In this document: piece by piece, positions 47,418-54,478 of the stretch
Position numbering within the stretch: the stretch's first letter is position 1
How the letters are laid out: each line of letters opens with the position of its first letter
NCBI GenBank assembly: GCA_963699195.1
Contig: OY969420.1
Span: 29,419 to 93,418 of the forward strand
Direction of reading: 5' to 3'
DNA length: 64,000 bases
Origin: an uncultured bacterium
Lineage (GTDB): Bacteria > Patescibacteriota > Saccharimonadia > Saccharimonadales > DATKHC01
Notes under the pieces: model-generated
What the model was told of the DNA's origin: nothing
The model's input: only the letters and a program-made list of their open reading frames with translations
Databases searched by the model: none
Translations under genes and position numbers: made by a program

Positions 47418-48240
47418 TCTGCGCAGAGGGTGCTTCGGGATCAATAAATAAAGCTTTGAGTGCCTGGTCTTGATTTACATATTCATACGTAGCATTTACT
47501 ACCCATGGGCTTAGACGTTCCCTGCCCGAAGACGTACTTTGTCTTTGTTGGGCTTCGTCAACAACATGGGGGATTCGTGCACGATTCGCTAGCTTGTTTA
47601 AGGTATTTTCAATGCAGTTAGTCAAAAGTAGTCCTGTTTTATTTGCAATTATTCCCACATGCACAAGTAAATCGCTCAAGGTCTTGGACAAATCAGGCCT
47701 TTCAACTCCAATTCCTACCCATAAACCATCAGTCTTAGGGTTCAGTACATCAACAACCCTTAAAGTGGCTATAGCAAGTGATTCGAAGAGTTTATCATCT
47801 TCATCTGGCTTTATGGGGTTCCCATCAGGATCAAATATTGGGGTGAGTCCATCTAGAGCAGTTGGGTCAATAGCATAATCTTCCAGTAGGACTGGTGTAC
47901 CTGCGCTATCAGGCGGAGTAGGTTCAATATTTTTAAAACGAGCGATTTCCGATATATACCAAAGAACATCGCCAAGCTCCCCCTCAACTGCAACCGTGTC
48001 AGCAAGGTGATTGTCTGAGTAAAATGTAGCGGACTCTAAGAATTCAAAAGACTCTTCTAGTAACCCTTTCCTTAGCAGCAACTCTGGATCTGGGTAGTCT
48101 TCGTATTGAGCAAATACAGAAGTCATTCCGTATAGTTGACCCAAGCTAAGCTGAGGTGATTTTTCAAAAGGATTTGCCGTATTAGTGACTGTCTGCGAAG
48201 TGTCATTTAACGGATTCTCAGGCGTTGAAGTCATAAACAA
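47413..48240 (-). CDS. MazG-like nucleoside-triphosphate pyrophosphohydrolase (likely start MTSTPE at 48234)
   Basis: EESFEFLES .. EGELGDVLWYISEIA (ExxE..ExxD pattern). Confidence 0.6.
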   Translation of the reverse strand: MFMTSTPENPLNDTSQTVTNTANPFEKSPQLSLGQLYGMTSVFAQYEDYPDPELLLRKGLLEESFEFLESATFYSDNHLADTVAVEGELGDVLWYISEIARFKNIEPTPPDSAGTPVLLEDYAIDPTALDGLTPIFDPDGNPIKPDEDDKLFESLAIATLRVVDVLNPKTDGLWVGIGVERPDLSKTLSDLLVHVGIIANKTGLLLTNCIENTLNKLANRARIPHVVDEAQQRQSTSSGRERLSPWVVNATYEYVNQDQALKALFIDPEAPSAQK

Positions 48241-48280
48241 AAAAATACCATGGAAATACTATTTTGAAAAATGCTTACAC

Positions 48281-48317
48281 TTGACGGGCCGTAGCAATAG
48301 GAGTCTGGAACTACTAT
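48281..48317 (-). repeat. conserved island-B box, copy 2
   Basis: Minus strand ATAGTAGTTCCAGACTCCTATTGCTACGGCCCGTCAA. Confidence 0.7.
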
Positions 48318-49045
48318 TGTGGTGGCAAGTCAGAGAAATATTGGCCGGTTTTACGGATAAGCTCCGCTACTGGATTTTGAGCGAAAGCGAAAGGAGGAGA
48401 CAGCAGATCATTGAACCCTTCAAAGCCCACTTCGTTACTTACATTTGAGCCGAGAGGGGGAGTAATAATTTTGGTCTGATCGGCAATAATAAATGTTCCT
48501 AAGGGCATAGTCACCTGACCCCTTTTATTTAGCCCTACGCATGTTCGTTGCTCGATTGTGCCGGTTTTTAAATGGCCGATGGCTGGCTGCAGATGGTGCC
48601 AACTTAACCAGCCCAATTGTTCATTGTCCTGACTCGAGGTTCTAAAAGAACCCAAGCTACCGTGACCTACGAATGCCAATGAAGATACATCAGGGTCAGC
48701 AATAGTCTTGAGCACCTCTTGAGTCGAGGGGTCCTCTAGCAATAGGACTCTTTCGCAACCACGTAATGCTGTCTCGCGTTCGGCCACCTGAAGAGCATGG
48801 ACTTGGGCCGTTTCGTAATCTTTACCAGATTTTTGTTCACCCGCGTTAACCAAGATTGCAAACGAACCTCTCGCATCATCTACACCCAATCGTGAGGCAG
48901 CAAGCATTTCGGCGTGATTGGTGTGCTGTTTGAGCAAAACGGGTATACGGGTGTTAATTTTTCCTGATCTGCCCATAAAAATCCTTTCAGCGATAATCAA
49001 AATCAATTTAAAACAAAAAATACCATAAATATAGTATTTGGTCAA
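48314..49045 (-). CDS. hypothetical protein; possible minimal caspase/CHAT-like fold (likely start MGRSGK at 48976)
   Basis: LAFVGHGS followed ~40 aa later by IEQRTCVG (a His..Cys dyad pattern). This is speculative. Confidence 0.4.
   Translation of the reverse strand: MTKYYIYGIFCFKLILIIAERIFMGRSGKINTRIPVLLKQHTNHAEMLAASRLGVDDARGSFAILVNAGEQKSGKDYETAQVHALQVAERETALRGCERVLLLEDPSTQEVLKTIADPDVSSLAFVGHGSLGSFRTSSQDNEQLGWLSWHHLQPAIGHLKTGTIEQRTCVGLNKRGQVTMPLGTFIIADQTKIITPPLGSNVSNEVGFEGFNDLLSPPFAFAQNPVAELIRKTGQYFSDLPPQ
49017..49045 (-). promoter_or_regulatory. promoter TTGACC-17-TATTTT
   Basis: Lies directly 3' of box copy 3. Confidence 0.45.
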
Positions 49046-49056
49046 GCATATGTGTA

Positions 49057-49090
49057 ATGGCGGTTGTGGCTTTCCAGATTTGGAGCTATT
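49057..49090 (-). repeat. conserved island-B box, copy 3
   Basis: Minus strand AATAGCTCCAAATCTGGAAAGCCACAACCGCCAT. Confidence 0.6.
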
Positions 49091-49093
49091 TTA

Positions 49094-49348
49094 CTACTTT
49101 GGAGCCTCAAATATAGCCAAAGCAGCTAATTGACGTGTTTTAGCAGCCTCAACCTGCTCAGGAAAATCAGGACTAGATGTTCTCATATCTACATAATGTT
49201 CAGTGGCCATGCGTATTTCACCCGCCAATGATTCTTGATCAATTATTTGAAGACCACCTAGCTCAAATAATTGTTCGCCAGATAATCTAACGGTAACTGG
49301 TCGACCTGATTGCTTTACAAGTTTGTCTTGCGAGTCCGGAGTTGTCAT
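49094..49348 (-). CDS. ribbon-helix-helix (CopG/Arc-like) DNA-binding protein
   Basis: RPVTVRLSGEQLFEL..SLAGEIRMATEHYV fits the RHH beta-strand plus two-helix pattern. Confidence 0.5.
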   Translation of the reverse strand: MTTPDSQDKLVKQSGRPVTVRLSGEQLFELGGLQIIDQESLAGEIRMATEHYVDMRTSSPDFPEQVEAAKTRQLAALAIFEAPK

Positions 49349-49355
49349 ATTTTAA

Positions 49356-49384
49356 ACATTAACATCTTATTGGCATTTTGTCAA
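49356..49384 (-). promoter_or_regulatory. promoter TTGACA-17-TAATGT (leaderless-type)
   Basis: Only 7 nt lie between the -10 and the ATG at 49348. Confidence 0.6.
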
Positions 49385-49385
49385 T

Positions 49386-49420
49386 GTAGCGGGCTGTAGC
49401 TTTAGAAGTCTGGAACTATT
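49386..49420 (-). repeat. conserved island-B box, copy 4
   Basis: Minus strand AATAGTTCCAGACTTCTAAAGCTACAGCCCGCTAC. It abuts the -35. Confidence 0.7.
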
Positions 49421-49464
49421 TTGCTATAAATAACCTGCTAATCACTTAGTTTGCTAATTGTTAG

Positions 49465-49947
49465 TTATGGTTGCTCATATCCATTAGAAGCGTTAATGCC
49501 ATGACTTTCTGGCGGCATACTATCTCGTATTATGCCAGGTCCGCTAACGTTCTTACCAAATCCTGAAGAGCTACCAGTTCGAGGTTCTATTCCACCTTCA
49601 CCCGTTCCAGGAGAAGTTACATTGTTAGCAGTGGTACCAACAAGGTTTGCGGTACCCTCTGTCCATCCAGCGTTGCTACGAAGGTTTTGGCTCCTAGTCA
49701 CATCCGCAGTCTTACTCTGACCGATTCCAAAAATTTTCTTCATATGCTCTTTACCAATCAATGCATTCCCCGTCACACCGCTTGTAACTAATCCTGCTAC
49801 TGTTTCGGGCGTAAACCCAACTTCACCAATATGTTTATAAAAATATAGATTAGCTGCTACACAGGCAAACACACCAATTTGTCGAGCTACTCTTGCTTTC
49901 CGATTTGCACTTTCCGGAACTTCAATACTGTATAATTCATTATTCAT
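49465..49947 (-). CDS. hypothetical protein with one TM segment and a Gly/Ser/Thr/Asn-rich tail
   Basis: Intact 160-aa ORF. Confidence 0.5.
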   Translation of the reverse strand: MNNELYSIEVPESANRKARVARQIGVFACVAANLYFYKHIGEVGFTPETVAGLVTSGVTGNALIGKEHMKKIFGIGQSKTADVTRSQNLRSNAGWTEGTANLVGTTANNVTSPGTGEGGIEPRTGSSSGFGKNVSGPGIIRDSMPPESHGINASNGYEQP

Positions 49948-49971
49948 TTTTTGTTTTTACTTTACATAAAA

Positions 49972-50000
49972 ATACTACCATATATTTGGTAGTATGTCAA
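49972..50000 (-). promoter_or_regulatory. promoter TTGACA-17-TAGTAT
   Basis: The spacer holds the palindrome TACTACCA-AATATA-TGGTAGTA. Confidence 0.6.
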
Positions 50001-50004
50001 TTAC

Positions 50005-50040
50005 ATGGCGGGCCGTAGTGCAAGATATCTGGAACTACTT
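50005..50040 (-). repeat. conserved island-B box, copy 5
   Basis: Minus strand AAGTAGTTCCAGATATCTTGCACTACGGCCCGCCAT. Confidence 0.7.
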
Positions 50041-50142
50041 TAGCACCCAAGCGTCTGATATCTACTACCCTAAAATAGAAAACCGCCCAAGTTATGAGCG
50101 ATTATCTACACTTAAATTATCTTAAATATCTAAACTTTTAAC

Positions 50143-50601
50143 CTATTGCTTTGGTTGCTCAATGTTAATATGTACACCTTGAGCTTCAGCTTCTTGAATG
50201 GCTTGCTCATGATATTCACCTTGATGAGCAGTATAGTGGGCAGCACTAGTTTCTAAAGTGCTGTCATATGCACCCTGTGCTTGACTCTCGTTAATCTTTG
50301 CAACGTCTGCGGCATTTTGAGCCTTAGATTTTATGACTGCGGGAGCGTATTGTTCAGGAACATCAGTACCACCACCATACGGGTGACTCAATATGTCGTC
50401 TCTCCTACTAAAACGATAGTTAGGGTCATGTAGGTTACGAGTAGCTTCGTCCAACTTTTGTTCTGCTGCTTGGCTTTGATTTTGTCGCCATTCTAGCGTT
50501 TCACTATCTTGTTTGTGTTGTTTGTATAGGCTTTCTGCTTCAGAAGATAATTCGTGATTCATAATGTTACTTATACTAGCATAAGCTGTATGTTTTGTCA
50601 A
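50143..50601 (-). CDS. hypothetical hydrophilic protein (likely start MNHELS at 50562)
   Basis: The first 13 codons of the track ORF are the promoter TTGACA-17-TAGTAT itself. Confidence 0.5.
   Translation of the reverse strand: MTKHTAYASISNIMNHELSSEAESLYKQHKQDSETLEWRQNQSQAAEQKLDEATRNLHDPNYRFSRRDDILSHPYGGGTDVPEQYAPAVIKSKAQNAADVAKINESQAQGAYDSTLETSAAHYTAHQGEYHEQAIQEAEAQGVHINIEQPKQ
50573..50601 (-). promoter_or_regulatory. promoter TTGACA-17-TAGTAT (leaderless-type)
   Basis: 10 nt lie between the -10 and the ATG at 50562. It shares TAGCATAAGCT with the 57-nt repeat promoters. Confidence 0.6.
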
Positions 50602-50642
50602 CTTGACTTTTCATAGGTTATATTTTACATCACAATAATTAT

Positions 50643-51077
50643 ATGAGTTCAAAACTAAAACAATCAGGAAGACCAACCGTCCTTACTAAGCCAACTGTCT
50701 TGAAATTGGAACAAGCCCTGAAAGACGGTTTTAGCATTGAAATGGCTTGTTATGTATCTGATATTAGCCGTAGCACCTACTACGCCAATTTACAGACAGA
50801 TACGGACTTTATGAACAAAATGGAACTGGCTCAGTCATGGGCTACAGAACGTGCAAAACAAGTTGTTATCCAAGCTATTGATAAAGGCAACCTAAAAGCG
50901 GCTCAGTGGTGGCTAGAACGCAAGCTAAGAGCAGAATTCAGTCTTAACGCACCAACATTTGCTCAAGGTAACGGTGATAGCGACTTCGTAGACCAGTATT
51001 TTGACGGTAATCAGAATAAGTTCTTAGACTTTATGTCGCATACCATTGAAGCTATGCGAGAGCCTAGTAAATCGTAG
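50643..51077 (+). CDS. HTH DNA-binding protein (terminase-small-subunit/homeodomain-like)
   Basis: 144 aa: GRPTVLTKPTVLKLEQALKDGFSIEMACYVSDISRSTYY..AAQWWLERK. Confidence 0.55.
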   Translation: MSSKLKQSGRPTVLTKPTVLKLEQALKDGFSIEMACYVSDISRSTYYANLQTDTDFMNKMELAQSWATERAKQVVIQAIDKGNLKAAQWWLERKLRAEFSLNAPTFAQGNGDSDFVDQYFDGNQNKFLDFMSHTIEAMREPSKS

Positions 51078-51285
51078 TAAATAATATATCAAAATATATT
51101 TGCAAAGCACCATAGTAAGTATTACCATGAGCATAATATTTGGTGAGAGCTGGACACAGCTACTAAAACAAATAGGTTCGTTAGGTTAGTTGGGAGATAG
51201 AACAATAGGTCTAGTTAGTACGTTAACAGCAGCAGTTCTATTATCGTCCACGCAGATTGCAACATAAGAAACCTGCTCTTAATGT

Positions 51286-51552
51286 GTGCAGCAATCAACC
51301 GACACACCAGTTACAAAACTATTACCAGCCCATGCCACGCCTGAGCCTGGTTCAGTTCAACGTGGTCAATCTAAGTCCTTTGCAGACTTGCAACCAGGTC
51401 TTGAAAACATACATAAAATTAACGACCTGAACCCTGAGCAACAGAACCTATTTAACTTTCTCAAGTTAGTGGTTGATATTAAGTATCGCCATAAATATGG
51501 TGAGAAAATTGAGCAAAATAGTGGTAAAGGATATAGTACCTATGATGATTGA
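51286..51552 (+). CDS. small hypothetical protein upstream of the recombinase (possible directionality factor)
   Basis: 88-aa track ORF with a GTG start. No motif recognised. Confidence 0.3.
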   Translation: MQQSTDTPVTKLLPAHATPEPGSVQRGQSKSFADLQPGLENIHKINDLNPEQQNLFNFLKLVVDIKYRHKYGEKIEQNSGKGYSTYDD

Positions 51553-53101
51553 TATCCCAATACCAAAATCAAAATGTTACGTTTACTTACGCCGTTCTCA
51601 AGACCGAGATGACAGACAAGCACTTAGTTTGGATAAACAAGACCAGCAGGTTAAGCGAATTATTTCTGACAATAAGTTCTCTCCAATATACTTACCTGCC
51701 GAAGAACGTTCTGCTAAATATCCTGGTCGCCCTATTTTTGGTGATATGGTAAAAGGCATTGAAAATGGTGAAGCCCGCTATATAGCTGTTTGGCATATTT
51801 CTAGACTTAGCAGAAACCCAATAGATGGCGGTCAGATAATTTACCTACTGGATACAGGTAAGCTACTAGCAATTTATACACCTAATCGTGTTTACAGAAA
51901 CACACCAGATGATAAGGCATTTTTAGCCATTGAGCTTGCCTTTGCTAAGAAAAATAATGACGATTTAAGTGAGCAGGTTAAAGAAAGCTACGTTGTTAAG
52001 CGTCAACGTGGTGAGTATCCTGGCCCCGCTTTTTTGGGGTACATCAACATTATCGTTAGACCAGGTGTCCGCAATATCGCACCATGTCCAGAAGAAGGCC
52101 CCAAACTTTATGATGTATTTGTTTACGCTGCTACAGGTATGTACACGCTAGACGAAGTATGGAAGTACGCTCAAGACAGAGGGCTTAAATCACCAACTAA
52201 CCCTAACAACCTAATTGCTAAAACCACCTTAGAAAATGGGTTAAAAAGACGAGATTACACTGGTGTTTTCAAAAGAGGCGGTGCTGAATGGATACAAGGT
52301 AGTTACGAACCCCTAATATCAGTTGATTTATATGACAGAGTTCAAGCAGCTATGGGTTGGGCAAAACAACACAAAAACTACTCAACTAAAGGTGCTTTTT
52401 ATGCCTATAAAGGTGTCCCCCGTTGTGGAACTTGTAGCATGAATATTACTGCCTATACCAAGCCTAAAGTGCTTGCGACTACAGGTGAATTAGCAAGTTA
52501 CACTTTTTACGTCTGTACCAAAAAGAGTAAAACCATTAAGTGTAAAGAACCACAGCTTGCTGAACATGAGTTTACTGGCGTTATTAAAGACGAGATGTCC
52601 AACTATGAGATAACCGAAGCAGACGGCGAAGTGTGCAAGTTACTGGTTCATAACGTCTACGATGATTACATGAAAAGCCAGGACATATACAATGATGTCT
52701 GGAAGCATGACTTAAGACAGGCGGAGAAGGCTCTAGATGTTCTAGACGATAAATTAGAGCATGGTGTCATTACTGATGACCGCTACCAGCTTAGAGCAGC
52801 TAAACATCAAAGTATGGTGGTTAGAACTACCAAACTTCTTAACGGTTCTTCACAAGACGCCGAACGCTGGTTAGAACTATGTAATGAAACCTTTTCAGGT
52901 ATAACCAACATTGGCGAAGTATTTGAACTAGCAAATGATGAAGAACGCCGTCAGTTAATGCTGTATTTAGGTACGAACTGGACTTTAAGCAACAAAAAAG
53001 TGGCTCTAACAGCTAGAGAACCACTTAATATGCTACATAAAAATACCCGTAAATCGGATTGGCGGGCTCGACCGGATTTGAACCGGCGATCTCCTCCGTG
53101 A
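51473..53101 (+). CDS. large serine recombinase (integrase); likely start MMIDIP at 51542
   Basis: YVYLRRSQDRDDRQ..SLDKQ, VWHISRLSRN, Cys motifs CGTC..C..C. The last ~42 nt are antisense to the tRNA-Asp 3' half. Confidence 0.9.
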   Translation: MILSIAINMVRKLSKIVVKDIVPMMIDIPIPKSKCYVYLRRSQDRDDRQALSLDKQDQQVKRIISDNKFSPIYLPAEERSAKYPGRPIFGDMVKGIENGEARYIAVWHISRLSRNPIDGGQIIYLLDTGKLLAIYTPNRVYRNTPDDKAFLAIELAFAKKNNDDLSEQVKESYVVKRQRGEYPGPAFLGYINIIVRPGVRNIAPCPEEGPKLYDVFVYAATGMYTLDEVWKYAQDRGLKSPTNPNNLIAKTTLENGLKRRDYTGVFKRGGAEWIQGSYEPLISVDLYDRVQAAMGWAKQHKNYSTKGAFYAYKGVPRCGTCSMNITAYTKPKVLATTGELASYTFYVCTKKSKTIKCKEPQLAEHEFTGVIKDEMSNYEITEADGEVCKLLVHNVYDDYMKSQDIYNDVWKHDLRQAEKALDVLDDKLEHGVITDDRYQLRAAKHQSMVVRTTKLLNGSSQDAERWLELCNETFSGITNIGEVFELANDEERRQLMLYLGTNWTLSNKKVALTAREPLNMLHKNTRKSDWRARPDLNRRSPP

Positions 53102-53135
53102 CAGGGAGGCGTGATAACCACTTCACTACGAGCCC
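53060..53135 (-). tRNA. tRNA-Asp(GUC)
   Basis: Acceptor GGGCTCG/CGAGCCC, anticodon loop CTGTCAC, T-loop TTCAAAT, encoded CCA. Confidence 0.9.
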
Positions 53136-53217
53136 ATAGATCATGCAAAATCATAACAGTTTCACCCTTATAAAACAACTGTAATTGGGCTGTTTGTTAT
53201 ACTTAAAGTCTATTATT

Positions 53218-53293
53218 GCCGACATAGCTCAGTTGGTAGAGCGGCGCTTTCGTAAAGCGTAGGTCAGCGGTTCGATTCCGCTTGTCGGCTCCA
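53218..53293 (+). tRNA. tRNA-Thr(CGU)
   Basis: Acceptor GCCGACA/TGTCGGC, anticodon loop TTCGTAA, encoded CCA. Confidence 0.9.
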
Positions 53294-53303
53294 TCAATTA
53301 ATT

Positions 53304-53378
53304 GCGGGTATCGTATAGTGGTTAATATGCAGCCTTCCCAAGGCTGAGAGCTGGGTTCGATTCCCAGTATCCGCACCA
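53304..53378 (+). tRNA. tRNA-Gly(CCC)
   Basis: Acceptor GCGGGTA/TATCCGC, anticodon loop TTCCCAA, encoded CCA. Confidence 0.9.
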
Positions 53379-53381
53379 TAC

Positions 53382-54461
53382 TTAATTATTTTTATCTATC
53401 ATATTTTTTAAGGCCGATTGGCTTACCCTATACATTAATCTAATTTTTTGTAATCTTCCTCTTATATTTTCCGTAGGCCTGCCATCCGCACCATAAATTT
53501 CATCCAAATAACCAGATACGCCAAAAGGTATCTGAAATTCGTAGAAAACAATAGACTTTCTCATCTTGTCGAAATCATAGTCGCCATCAAACACGGTACT
53601 GTCTTTTACACCTACATCAAAACATAAGGTATTTAATCTGGTTCCGATATGCTCTTCCAGATCATTAATAAATCTACTCATAAAAGCATCCATACGAGTA
53701 AGTTCTGTCTCATCCGGTAATTTACCGTAGGCTCCATTGGAGATATTCCCACTCTCTGCTACTACAATTTCTTGATTCGATAAGCCAATCGAACTTGCCT
53801 TACTACCAATACTCTTTATTATCTTTGCCTTTCTATCCGCAGGTATGCTTGTACTTTCGAGAATTAGATCTCCTAAAGTTGAATAGCCATTGCCAATCAC
53901 AATTGGGCGAACCTTTTTATAAGCTACACGCCATACCTTATTTGGATCTTCACTATCTTTATGTGCGACATATCGCCAGTCCTGCTCTGGTGTCTCATCA
54001 CTCTGTACCAAAAAATCTTCCTCAGACGTAGATAACAATTCAGCTAGCGCTGCTCTATCTGTAAAAAGTCGAGTATCTCTACCGCCAACCCCAAATACGG
54101 GCTTAACAAAGAATGAAGGTTCATCCGGTAGCTCTAGGTCTATTGCTTCTACAATCTCATGAGCATCGGTGCCAGCTTGAATTAAAATGGAGCTTGGCGC
54201 CAAATAACCTAGTTGCCTTACCGTATACCCAAAACTTTGTTTTGAAGCAAGTTCTACGCCTACATCGCCATTGATAAATTGAAAAGCAAAAGCCTGTCCT
54301 TCACCAAAGGTTCCATTTCGAACCCTAAATGCATTAGGAATAGTTTGCCCAAATATTTTGGCAGCTTCTACCCACTCAGTACCTGATAGTGTAGGTATTG
54401 AAGCTATATCTTCATGAGGATATATGTGTTGCTGCTGATTGGTTTTTTGGTCCACTGTCAT
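53382..54461 (-). CDS. ATP-grasp-fold protein
   Basis: FFVKPVFGVGGRDTRLF, WRYVAHKD..VWRVAYKK, GNISNGAYG and YEFQIPFG match ATP-grasp core motifs. Confidence 0.6.
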   Translation of the reverse strand: MTVDQKTNQQQHIYPHEDIASIPTLSGTEWVEAAKIFGQTIPNAFRVRNGTFGEGQAFAFQFINGDVGVELASKQSFGYTVRQLGYLAPSSILIQAGTDAHEIVEAIDLELPDEPSFFVKPVFGVGGRDTRLFTDRAALAELLSTSEEDFLVQSDETPEQDWRYVAHKDSEDPNKVWRVAYKKVRPIVIGNGYSTLGDLILESTSIPADRKAKIIKSIGSKASSIGLSNQEIVVAESGNISNGAYGKLPDETELTRMDAFMSRFINDLEEHIGTRLNTLCFDVGVKDSTVFDGDYDFDKMRKSIVFYEFQIPFGVSGYLDEIYGADGRPTENIRGRLQKIRLMYRVSQSALKNMIDKNN

Positions 54462-54478
54462 TGGAATACATACTTGAA

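Larger units (their letters stand above)
40922..53084. mobile_element. island B: ~12-kb integrative element at the 3' end of tRNA-Asp
   Basis: A large serine recombinase overlaps the tRNA-Asp 3' end. The 10-nt repeat GATTTGAACC occurs at 40922-40931 and 53075-53084. The cargo is entirely accessory. The left border is tentative. Confidence 0.5.

Noticed and set aside
43850-50642. An integron (attC-bounded cassettes) as the explanation for the repeated box array
   Set aside because: There is no IntI-type tyrosine recombinase. The boxes lack the attC R''-L''/L'-R' inverted-repeat architecture. They track the downstream -35 rather than the ORF 3' ends, and every cassette has its own promoter. 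Recombinational cassette exchange at the boxes remains only a speculative alternative.
25518-53135. Islands A and B as complete prophages or conjugative elements
   Set aside because: There are no capsid, portal, tail, large terminase, lysis, relaxase or T4SS genes. Only small HTH (TerS-like) proteins are present.
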